Source: Ginglymostoma cirratum
Lineage: Eukaryota
NCBI GenBank assembly: GCA_024137785.1
Contig: JAHRHZ010000082.1
Span: forward strand, 4,248,951-4,312,950
DNA length: 64,000 bases
Direction of reading: 5' to 3'
Shown: piece after piece, positions 52,520-64,000 of the stretch
How the letters are laid out: each line of letters begins with the position of its first letter
How positions within the stretch are numbered: position 1 is the first letter of the stretch
Made by a program: the position numbers and the translations under genes
The notes under the pieces: generated by a model
Told to the model about the DNA's origin: nothing
The model's input: the letters and a program-made list of their open reading frames with translations, nothing else
Database searches by the model: none

Positions 52520-52935
52520 TTATTGTATTTTTATTCACTCATGGGAGGTGGCTGTTGCTGGCATGATCAACAGTTGCCTATTTCTAAATATCATTGAGGA
52601 TACAGCGATGAACCCTCTTCTTGAATGCATGAGTGGCTTAATAGCCAATTTCAGGAAAAAAGGATCGACCACACTGCTATGGATCTGGAGTCAAAAATAG
52701 GTCAGACCCAGTTAAAGAGGGCAGATTTCCTTCCCCAAAGATGAACTGAATGAATTTTTAAGACAGTCCAGTAGGTTCGTGGTCAATGTTGTTGAGACTA
52801 GCTTTTTAATTCCAGATTTATTTTATTAATTTAATCTAAATTCCCCAGTTGCTGTGGTGGGATTTGAACTTATGTCTTTATAATCATTAGTCCAAACCTC
52901 TGGATTACTAGTCCAGCAACATAACCACTGTGTAA
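52520..52935 (-). mobile_element. tRNA-derived shark SINE
   Basis: Minus-strand head GTGGTTATGTTGCTGGACTAGTAATCCAGAG...GTTCAAATCCCACCAC (A/B boxes). Same family as 15020-15380. Confidence 0.75.
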
Positions 52936-53629
52936 CTGTACAATGGTTAACTACTGCCATTATATTGCTTAATTTTTTTCATGCCACGTGACAGGAAGAG
53001 GGTGTGCTTTAGTATATGGTGCCAGGTTATGAAGAGGTCTGCAGACAGGAAAAGAACATTTTATGGAGAAATAATCGTTATTTAAAGAGTAAATAATGTT
53101 TCAATATACTGCTTGCCATATATTGCTATTTAGAGTGACATTTTTGCTTGCTATTTTCATTATTTGCCAGCAAATCACCTGTGACTACAGCTTAAAAGTA
53201 ATTAATTGACTGTGAAACACTTATGATGTCCTGAGGATACCATTTAAAGTGCAGATTCTTTTATTATACTGCTTTTTAAGAGCGTTTTCAAAAGTAGCAT
53301 CATGATTAGAATTAATGGTTTAGTCTGCAAATCTCTTCAAATCAGTGCTATAATTTGCAAAAATAATTTTGTTTCTGTATTTTATTTTTCCAAATTAATC
53401 TTCTCCTGTACCATTCACACCCATTTCTGGATTTAATACATTCAAAATGATTTTTGGATGCTGCATATCATAGATGCGAAAAATGCTCAGCAATAAAACC
53501 ATTCTGTCTGAAATGTTGCTAAAACAAACATTTGTAACGATGTTGCATCAACTCTTTAGAAAATAAAATTGACTTAGTTTTAACAAATAACACTTTTTAT
53601 AAGGGTCTGAAGAGTGTTTCAGCTCTCAT

Positions 53630-53890
53630 GAGCACATTTGAGCTGTAAGTAGGGTGTGCTTGCATTTGAGTTGAGATGAATCTTGGGAGCTATTTTTTGT
53701 GAACGTATTTTGGGAGTTGGGAATACATGTTGAGAGCTGTATTTGGATGTATTTTGGGATCTGTATTGGAATTACATCGGCCGTTTTACCATGAGCTATA
53801 TTGGCAGTTGCTCTGAGGCTGCATTTGGAGTCTGTTTTGGGAGCTGTGTTGAAGATTGTATTGAGATCTGTATCAGTAGCTGTTCTGTAG
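53630..53890. repeat. Degenerate 12-bp minisatellite (TTGGGAGCTGTA-like)
   Basis: Units TTGAGAGCTGTA, TTGGGATCTGTA, TTGGGAGCTGTG, TTGAAGATTGTA, TTGAGATCTGTA. Confidence 0.6.
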
Positions 53891-54239
53891 CCTTGTTGGA
53901 ACTCGGGCAACTAACTGCATAAACATCCACCACATATCACACGACATGTATAGCACATAAAGTATTCATTGACATAAAACACCTAATACTGTTAGACCTA
54001 TTATGCTGTGGTTTTCCTTGGGGGCCAGAGTGACCGACTATTTGATTTAGAGTGTTTACACGAGGGTGATTTGAATTACTTTGATTTGCAGCTGGTTTTA
54101 AGCTCATATCAGGAAATGAACATTTTTACTCCAAACTAAGGTAGGAGTAAATATCTGTGCACTGTTTGTGCTTAGAGTTTTACTCAGATTTATTCAGAAA
54201 ATCACAATATATATTTATAGCGTGGCCTAAGGGATATTT

Positions 54240-54655
54240 AATGCTTTTCTGATTATGTATGAATAAGTGGTATGAACCTACAGAGATTAGGGAAGGCCAG
54301 TTTGATCTTTTGTCTATATTGAATTAGTTGTTCTCAGCAGGTGTTGGCCGTGTGGGAGATACAGTTGGCCCCACTATTCCTAGACTAGAAGAGGGGAAAT
54401 CTACTAGTGCTCCCATTCATGATCACTGCCAAGTGACCCTTCTTCAAAAGTGCTTGTTCGTGGATTTTGGTGAATTAAGAATAGAGCTCAGTTGGTTGCT
54501 TCTTAGGGTCAAATGGGCTGCGAACACAATGTATTGGTGAATGTTGATACTCATTGTATAGGATGGCCTCTTTGGTGAGGTACTGGATGGTTGCCAGTGT
54601 CTGGAACCAAACTCCAGCATGAATGGCCACTGTTATTTAATGAGGGGAGAAAATG
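54240..54655 (+). mobile_element. Old shark SINE-like interspersed repeat
   Basis: Recalled shark repeat motifs (TGATCACT.CCA.GTGACCC, GGTGAGGTAC.GGA, GAGGGGAGAAAAT). A possible reverse fragment lies at 60110-60250. Confidence 0.5.
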
Positions 54656-57600
54656 AGAAAACAAATGGGGATTCACACTGCAGCATTTATTTCTGTTTGC
54701 TGTGAATTGATGCCTGAAGGTTTCTTTCTGACTAATTCATTAAAATAAACATGTTAAATTTTGCAGGGAGTAATAATTGCTCTATGTACACCATATTCAT
54801 AGTATACCACACAGATTCTAAACCTTTCTGTTGGCACAAAAGACTTAAGATTTTGCTTCAAACTACACATAGACCCCCAGTATGCTGCCAGGAATTGTCT
54901 TATTTCCAAATGCATGTCCGTGTAGTAAAGCATAATTTTTAGGAAGTAATCTTAATTAGATTGAACATTGTTGCTTGCAACAAAGGTGCTAACTTCAGAA
55001 GTGTAGTTAAAAAATGTCAAATAATTGATTAGTAATGTGACTGGAAAGATCTCGATTACTAAATAAAGTTCCTGGAGATCCCTTACCAGAGTGATGTTTG
55101 TTGCGAAATAATAGCCTGTTAACTAATTTACCTGCAAGTGCCCTATACACGGCATATTTTTCAGTGACTAATTCGCACAGACCTGTTGCACCTTTTGTAA
55201 AATTTTGATCTCCAAAGTTTGCGTCTGAATTGTGGAGGAGAAGTTGGAAGGCTTGGAAGGACAGGTAAGATTGCTGCAGCAACAATATATCAGTTTTATT
55301 TAATAATCAAAAGCTTAATTGGCAGATGAAGAGTAGGATGATTTTGTCAAAAATTACAGGGACAGACATGTTGTCATTTGTGATATACTAGCTGATATCC
55401 ATTGGCGTTGCTTATACATGAAGCATTTTAAAAGCTATGTATATCAATTTCCAGGAACTGACCCCGCCCCCACCCCTTTTCCTCTTGCTTTCTACATTTT
55501 AGTTCTTTCTTTGTTTCCTTACTCTTTATTTCACACTGTTTAAATTTTATCTTTTGTTCTTTTTCTCTTTTAAGCCTCGCAGAATTTTCTTGTTTTCACT
55601 GCTTTATTTTTGTACCAGAATAATTTTTGCTCTCTCTTTGTATAAATCTTTCTTATCCCTGCTTCTCTCCATGACTTTAACTCTCTCATGCAGTTTCTGT
55701 CTTTCTCTCCATGTGACATTCCCTGCAGGTCTTTCACTCATTCTTTATGTTTGGCAGGTTTCAGATGCATCTCACTTTTTAAATATTTCTTTCTGATATT
55801 GTGTTTTTTCATGTAACGTATTTTCTCTTTCTCCTGTCACATGTCATGGTGATCTACTGGAGGACATGTGGCGCGAAGCTACTTGATAACCACAAGAATA
55901 ATTTCCCCTCACTGTGTAAGTGAGGAATTACCATTTGCCATCTTGCTGCTTTCATTTGATAGAGTACAGGGCAAAATAATGGTTGGGATGAAGAAGTGGG
56001 CTTTGTCTCAAAAAGCGTGTGGAGAGGAACATAGAGAGCAGATGCATTCCAAGGATTATGAAGTAAAATACAGATCAAGGTATGGTTGTTTAGTAAAGTT
56101 ACCAAGAAGCTGACCAGAGGCTAGATCCATGCAGAGGAGTATAATTTGACCAAGACCACTAGGGAGAAGTGATGAATCTGTGAAAATTGTTTCACGGATA
56201 AATGATAATATGAAGCCTGGAGACATGAAAGCATATAGAAAATGGTAAGAGGATAAGAAGAGTGAGGTCAGTGGCTCAAAGTACTTACGACATAAACTGA
56301 CTATCCCGCATCAGTGAGGTAAAGGCAGGAATTGAGAACTGGGCTTGGCAGTGCTCAAAGCTGGTGCACAGTCTGGGAGTACTCAATTGCCAGATTATTT
56401 TCCTCATACAGGCACAAAAGGTAGCCAGCCAGGACTGGGAATAGGTCTTTGTGTAAATCTGCTTTCGTTTATGCATCACATGCATTGGGCCAATGCTGAG
56501 GGAACCAGGCTTGTGCGATGAAATATTTGGGAAAAGACACATGTTAGTTCAGGGTTATTGGTGAGGCCTGGTGAGGGATGATGGGTTATGTAGGAAAAGT
56601 ATAAACAATTGGAAGATGCCAAGTTTATGAATTTCTTTTGAGTTGTTGATTTTTTTTGAATGTTCATATTGTAAGTTTTATACTTGTTGGTATATGCTGA
56701 GATGTTGAGAAATTATGTATCATTGTTTCACATTTTTAAAAAGACTTTTATTCATCCTATTAATGCTGTGGAATATTAAACTTGCCATTTCTATATACCC
56801 CATGCTGTATGAAGCCTTTCAAGGTAAAATACAGCACAAGCAAATGCTGAGAACAGTTCCCATTACTCTTCCCAACAATGTGTTTCAACTTCATGCACAC
56901 AAGAAAATTCTGTTCTGTGCCAGTGCAAAATTTTTGCATTCTCCACATCACCCATCTGTGGTTCCTGCTAAATGAGTGCCGATTAGTGCTGCATTAGGAA
57001 CAGTTTTATGTTTTGTGCCTACACCCTCTGGAAATTGAATTGAGACTGCACAAAATCATTTCCCTTTACAGGCAGAAAGTGGAAGAGACTAATCTTGTTG
57101 GCATGCTGAGTTGGATTTATGTTCAGGCCTGACTCTTGAAAGGTGAAAGTGCAGTACCTAATCCACTGTATCACTAGATCTCCAGAAAGACTTAGTGTTC
57201 CACTTTGAGGTTGGATAGAAGTTTCTTCAAATGAACAGGTTAAAAAAAAGGTTTAATTGATATGATTATGGAATCACAGAAGTAAAAAAATAATGGCCGA
57301 GTAACATCAGAATTGGATAGTTACAGTAATCACAAAAGATGTTATTATGAATTGCATTGAAATTTCAGCGTAGAAACTGGTCATTCAGCTCAACTGGTGT
57401 ATGCTGTTATTTATACACTCCCTCTCTGTTTAATACTATCAGTGATATTTGAATATATGAAGATGGATTCATAAATACATTGAGAGTGATAGAGATATAG
57501 GTTTATACAAATAACTGTATTGGGACTTCATTATCCTTTTGTTTGGAATGGTAGCGAAACAGAAAAGGGAATAAATGCATAACTGGGACTGTCATTACAA

Positions 57601-60600
57601 GGTAGTAGGGTAGGTTTGGATTGTCCTAGCATTTAGCCGGTTTGATATGATGGGCTGACTGTTCTCCTTCTGTAACATTTATTAGTATAAATGATTGAAT
57701 AATTGTTATCCGGATGAAGTCAATCTCCAGTAAAGATGAATACTGAGATTTTGGGTCATTTGTACAACTTTTTCATTTTAAGCTACTTTTAAAATCTGTT
57801 CATTTGTTTAAATGTTAGAGAAAGCATCAACAGTTCCCATTGTTATTTCCATCATACAGCACCACACTGAACTGAAGAAAGTCAGTTATGTTGCACTGTA
57901 TTTCAACCAGAAAACAAAGTATACTTTAATTGTTACAAATGTAGTCCAACATTTAGACACTCAGGCAGAACCAGGAAATAGCAATGCTGATGTTAGTTGT
58001 TTGCTGTCTGAATTATGTACAGTAACAGATGGATACAAGTGACTTACACAATTGGGGGTTCTAATTACATTTCACAATGTGAGGATGTGACTAGTGAACT
58101 ACTGAGAATGAAACTATTAGATTGTAGTATGCATTTGCAAAAAAAAAATCAGTACAACGCACTATCAGTGAAGATAAGTACCGCTAAGCATTGTTGCAGA
58201 CTTATGTATAAGAAAACTACTGTAAATTTATATTATTCCAGATGGTAATAGAAACCATTCTTGCATCTATGATAGGGTATAGCATATACTGAGTTAGAAA
58301 TGTTTGACACTTAAAGATTCAAAATAACATACTTTTCAAACCATATATTGAATTAGATTAGAGTGCACACATATTGGATGCATAGAACAAGTAATGGCTA
58401 GGTTCAAAACCTACTAAATGTAGGATTATCCTTTGTAAAGCTACGCATTGTGATTTTTTTCAAAAAGAGATTCATGAACGAAGCTTACAGAAAATGCATG
58501 AGTCACTTCTTACACAAAAGAGCATACGATGAATACACAACCCAGTGGGTGGTGCTGATTTTTGTCATTACCTGACCTTTAATGAATGCCCTCATGTCAT
58601 CAGGAATTTCTTGCTAGCGAGCAGTATAGTTCTGTGAACACGCTGTTTCTGGAGCAGTGTGTGTTTAGTTATAAATGCGACATTCATGTCTAATTTGAAA
58701 TGATATTACAACTAATCTTGTTTTTAACTGAATTCAGTTAGAGTATGAAAGCACAACCTTAATTCTGAAGATTAATGTGAAATTCAGGGAAATAGAAGGA
58801 GTTACAGTGCATGCGCAGCCAAGTAGTTTTGTCCAATAATTCCCAATAACACATATATGTAGCGGTAAATATGCAACATCTGCCTGTTGAAAATATGCAA
58901 TGAACATGTGTTTGAATATAAACGGGAATTGTTACATACATGCCCTTGACACCTGACATACACTTTTTAATATAAGAAGGAATATATCTTATAATCTTTT
59001 TGGAAAATTGTAATAAGAATTCCTACAAAAAATGTTAGTAATGAAACAAATGATCTTGAATAATTCCTTTGTGTTCTTCAGAAATACTATAAACACATTG
59101 TGCAATGACCAGTTTTCCTTGACTACATGTATTCCAAAGATCAAGTCCTTGGACTCGAATGGAAGATTGCATCCTCCAGTGTAGCTTTATCTCTTGAAAG
59201 GAGAAAATCTTAAAAAGACTGAATACAATTTAAAAAATCTCTTATTCACCATAAATACCATCTTTTAAGTAAAACTGCACATTAGCAAATAGAATTTTTG
59301 CCTCCAGCAATTACAAACAGCTGTAGATATCAAATGAAAGAAGAGACATTACTTTATACAAAGTTTAATGACCACATTTCTGTTCATAAGTTGCATGAGA
59401 CAGACTCATCTGTTGAGCATAGCATGACCATCAGAAATTTGATGATTTGACCATGACAAGTTTCAATTCTGTATTTGGTAACATTTATACCAGAGATTTA
59501 TTTTTTCCATTCTAATTGTGTGTTTGTTGATTTGTGGATCTTTACTGAAGACTTCCTATTTTTCCCACATGTCTATCTCTTCATCTTAGTTTCGTTTCTT
59601 GGTTTTCAAGAGCACTGCTGTATTCTTGGATCAAGCCTGTGGGTGTTATTGGTCTACCCTTAAATGCCAAATCCAAATTTTAATTGCCTCCCAAAAATGA
59701 TTAAAACAGCATTGCACTATTATTTTCCAGACTACTTTATGATAATGACAATTGCTGCTTTTTTAATGGTTATTGTATGATATTTTAATAGTTAAAATAC
59801 TTTGACAATCCCCAAAAGGTTCCAAATAGATTCTAGTTGCTGAAGTTCATTAATTACTATTGAATTTTAGCAATACAAACTTTTTTGTTTCCCCCAGTCT
59901 ATCCATTTCTATAATTAAAAAAAAATTCCAATCTCCTGAAGGAATAAGTTATTTGCAACAGCTTGACTTCATGAGTACCAGTCATCTCAAGTACCTAATT
60001 TACTTCTGTGTTAGTCCAGACAGTACAACTGTTTAACTGTGAGGAATATAATAATGGAGATTGGATTTGGTACTGAAGCACACTAGATAGTCACTAGATG
60101 TAGGTACTTCGCTGATACTCTCTTCTCTGATTCAGGGCACAGAGACCAATTGTAACATTTTTCCCGATCCTTGGTTGAAAACAGCTTACTCAGCTCAGTT
60201 CAGACCTCGAGTCTCTCTGGTCTGTATTATAGCCTTAGCTCACAGAATCCAGAATATCTGTTCCAACATTTATTTTGAAAGGGTAAGTTTGAAATTTTTA
60301 AATGGACCAAACTGGTAAACATTTGTGGGTTTCTGTGTCATGTGTTATTCATACTGCTATGATGTTCAGATAGAGCACATTATCTGATTTTAGATGTCTC
60401 GACTATGCAAATAAATTGTATTATCACAACATTCCTTGCGTTTTATAAAAGTGCAATCCAATAATTCTGTGTTCCTTTCGATGCTTTCTGATTCAATGCC
60501 GCAATTAGGTAAAGTGCTTAAAGGAAGACGGGTTTGAGCTTGATCCATTCCACTGCAGATGTGAAGCTTGTCCAGGTTTCAAATGATAATTATGGCTTTG

Positions 60601-62387
60601 AACAGGTCTCACAGATGACATAATTAGAACTGAAAATATAAACATTTTAAAATGTATAACAAGTCATTATTCCTCCCAACAATGCAACTAATTTTAGTTT
60701 TTAATCAAAACAAAACTGCAAATGACCGCTTTTGTTAATATGATGATGCAAAACAAAAATAGACTCGGGTCTTTTATTTTCAAAGGCATGGCATCTCTTT
60801 CCCTTGGGGTTTCCATTGAAAGTATAACATCGCAAAATGACATCCTTTATCTTCTCTATGAGTCCCTCTAATTGCTGTCTGTGGATCATTTCTCATTTCA
60901 CTATTGAGTATTCTTACCAACTTTCAGAGTCCGGTACACTAACATCAACCATAGTGTGTAAGAGGCAGGTTACCTTTCCTCTTTTTTTATAATCAACCCG
61001 CTGTACATACAGATTGGGAGGTGAGGGGGTGTGTGTGGGGGGTTGGGGGTGGTGAAGGAAAATATTGTCCAAAATGTTTTTGTGTACTATAATTATGTAT
61101 CAGTAAACATACACAAATATATAATTGTATTTATGGGTTTTAAGTCTTTTTTGAAAGAAAATACCAGGAGTAAAACTGTAAAATATCTTAAGTGATATCT
61201 CTAGCCTTTCCGAAATTTCTTGTATTCACCTCAAATTCAGTTGCTGTATTTCTACTTTTCTGGCTGATTGCTCATTTATGTCTTTGTATTTATGTGCTTG
61301 GTATTCTTATACGGAAAATATGATATCATGAGTTTAAAATATTTTTAGCCACACTTCCCAGAATTAGAATTATGTTCATTCTCGTGGTCTCACAAGCTTG
61401 TTTTCTTCATTTATTGTTAATTTAATGTACTGCCCTGAATAAAAGTTAATCTTTATAAATTATGGAAGTCAAAAAGCTGAACAAGGAAGTGCAGGATTAT
61501 AGTCCAGTAAAACAAATACAATGGAGATCCAAATTCTGATACAGTAGGAGGTCATTAGTTTAACAAATCTTCTGCCCTGCTACATTTTGACTACAGATCA
61601 AACAAACCTAAAGGAATTTATTGGTGAAATAGATTTTTTTTTGCTTAAGGAGTACTGTAGACTGAGAAGCGTATGTGACCCTTTCATGATTGTGCTACTT
61701 TCTTTTGCTTGACAGCCGCATGGACAAACGTTTCTTTAAAAAATCTTACATGCAATAAATATTGTACCCTGAATGGAATGAGGGACATCAACATGCAAGG
61801 GATTTTAGCCATGATAACTACTATCAATGCAGTCAATAGTCATATAGGTCAAAAAGTTATATAGGGAAAAAAATGCTGACCTTTCTTGGTTATTCATTCT
61901 TACATTGAATTCCTAACCATGTTTACGTGTTTCCACACCATATTTAAATGGGAAATGCTGGTGCTCAATATCAGACCAGATAATGAGAACTTTTAAATTT
62001 CTCTATTTGAAAAAGCGCACAAAATATGATGATTTAGTATTTTGCACTTCATGACCCACAGCGTGGAATTACACCCATTCTAGGATCATCAGTTAGTTGC
62101 ATATATCTTTTAGAAATGCATCTCTGAAGTTTACAAATGCAATTGTAAATTGACTACTTCAGAAACAAATTACAGCTCTTAATTTTATGTGCAATCTTTG
62201 ATTCAGTTTTAATGTGATTGTATTATTTTGTTTTTTATTGCTTTGGTGCAAGGTCTGAATGGAAAGCAAATGCTGTTGACTAATTGAATCATTACATTTC
62301 TTTACAGTTCAAAAACTGCATCAGCATCTTTAAATATAGTAACATATGTGAAGATTTAAGATATAAAACATAAATGTCTTTATGGTA

Positions 62388-62471
62388 TAACAAGGTGTGG
62401 AGCTGGATGAACACAGCAGGCCAAGCAGCATCATAGGAGCAGGAAGGCTTGACGTTTCGGGCCTAGACCCC
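62388..62471 (-). mobile_element. Single arm of Penelope-derived subfamily A element in BAHCC1 intron
   Basis: Matches the left arm of 28484-28705. Minus strand keeps GGGTCTAGGCCCGAAACGTC but lacks CTGANGA. Confidence 0.75.
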
Positions 62472-64000
62472 TACCGTGTTGCTGTATTCATTTGACTAGA
62501 CGAGATAGAAAGGAGTCGTGAACACTACTCTTGGATAACTCCAGCATCACACAGATTTGTGCCTTCTTTCATATATAAGTATTCTTGTACAGCCACTTGG
62601 AACTATGTGTCTTGGAAAGCAGAGTCTTGCAGCCTCTCATCACTTAATTACAGATTCTGGACATTTTACTGTTGGCTTCTGGTTCTGGGGGCCACACTGA
62701 GTTCCTTGTATATACTCCACAACTATGAAAAGATGCATTGGAAAATTGCTAAGTAAGGGGGAGAGAAACAGAGGAGAGAGTTAATCCCAAATTTAGTGGA
62801 ATTGTTAAATTATGAAAATGAAGCTGCACAGACTTGTTTGCTGGTTGATTTCATCCAAGTATATCAGGGACATTTTACACATTGAAAACTAATCCAAAAT
62901 GGCTGGCATTCTAAACAGTTTCTGTTGCATTTTTATACATTTCTTGATGTGAGATATGAATTTGTATAAAGATAAAATTGCTGCCACTACACGCTAGGAA
63001 GACTTCATATTTTGGCTGTGAATGTTCACCCCTAGCTCACAATTCTGTTGAAGGGTTTACGCCAGAGATATTCACCGATCTTTGCTCTTTTCAGATTCTC
63101 CTCGTGCATTTGTGGAATCTTCTTTTTTTTTTGCTTCAAATTTCCTAACAATTTTTTTCAGTTCAAACTGTTAAAACTAAAACAAATAAAATGGGATTTC
63201 AAATTCTGGAAATAACACAGAAGGTTCATCAATGTCTGGAACAAAAACTGCATTACCTGTAGCAGCATTTTGTGTCTTGTTTCTCCCAAGTGTATAAGAT
63301 GTATAGTTTTTCTTTTATTTTTTCCATGGTAAAATATGCCAACTGTATATTTCAAAAACAAAATTGTATTCGAATAATTCATATACGTTTTTTCATGTGC
63401 TGGGTCATTTGTAAGATTGTTAGTGATGTTTTTAGAGAATTGAAGTTTGTGTTATTGTTCTGATTCATTGGAAGTTATGAAAAATGGATTCATTATTCTT
63501 ACATTAAAATGTGGCTAGTGGGTTTTTAATTTCAAACTGCAAAGGGAACCCAACTGTTAACTACTGATGGGCACCTAGATCCAAATTCAGATCTCAAAGT
63601 AAATCCCCTTCACTACACAGGTGGTTGAAAAAGGAGTCAGCAAAATAAGTCGATTTCCCCTCAGAAGTCATTGTTTCTTTTTGTTTCAAGATTGTGGCTT
63701 TGAGAGACTGATGCACACACATTTATGTTCTCATTAAAAAGAAGTTAGGAAGATTGCAGGAAAAAAACAGGATATCAGTTGCAGAGGATGGGAAATTGGC
63801 ACTGAAGTCTAGATTGCTGGAGTTATGTGAGTGTTGGGAATGAGATTCATGCCAGGAGTTTGAGTCAGATGTTCAGTCGAGGCAGGAGAGAGTGTGAGAT
63901 ACTACAGATGCAATTTGTCTCAGGGCTAGAGCCAGGATCCCGGAATTAATTCAGCAGAGTCACAATCATTTGGGACACAATGATAGAGCTGTACTCATTC

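Overview
Vertebrate genomic DNA, almost certainly from an elasmobranch (shark or ray), judging by HE1 V-SINEs, Deu-SINEs, CR1 LINEs with (CATAGAGT)n tails and Penelope-derived palindromes. The only recognisable host gene is the 5' end of BAHCC1 on the + strand: a probable non-coding exon 1 ending at 43654 and a first coding exon with CDS 45578-45776 ([14 protein letters not shown]...[18 protein letters not shown]). It sits in a CpG-retaining domain of about 18 kb (about 34.8-52.4 kb) with no recognisable transposons. That domain contains a bidirectional promoter built from a duplicated CCAAT/FOX/PBX cassette and a predicted spliced divergent non-coding transcript. The upstream 34 kb is TE-rich and holds the two most unusual signals. 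(1) A decayed minus-strand reading frame at about 22.9-24.45 kb carries five colinear motif blocks resembling bornavirus nucleoprotein, making it a candidate endogenous bornavirus-like N element (EBLN); a Tigger/pogo transposon abuts or interrupts it. (2) Nine short palindromic Penelope-type insertions are scattered across the window, and most carry hammerhead-ribozyme cores at their centres. All family assignments come from remembered consensus motifs, not database searches. Repeat boundaries are approximate.
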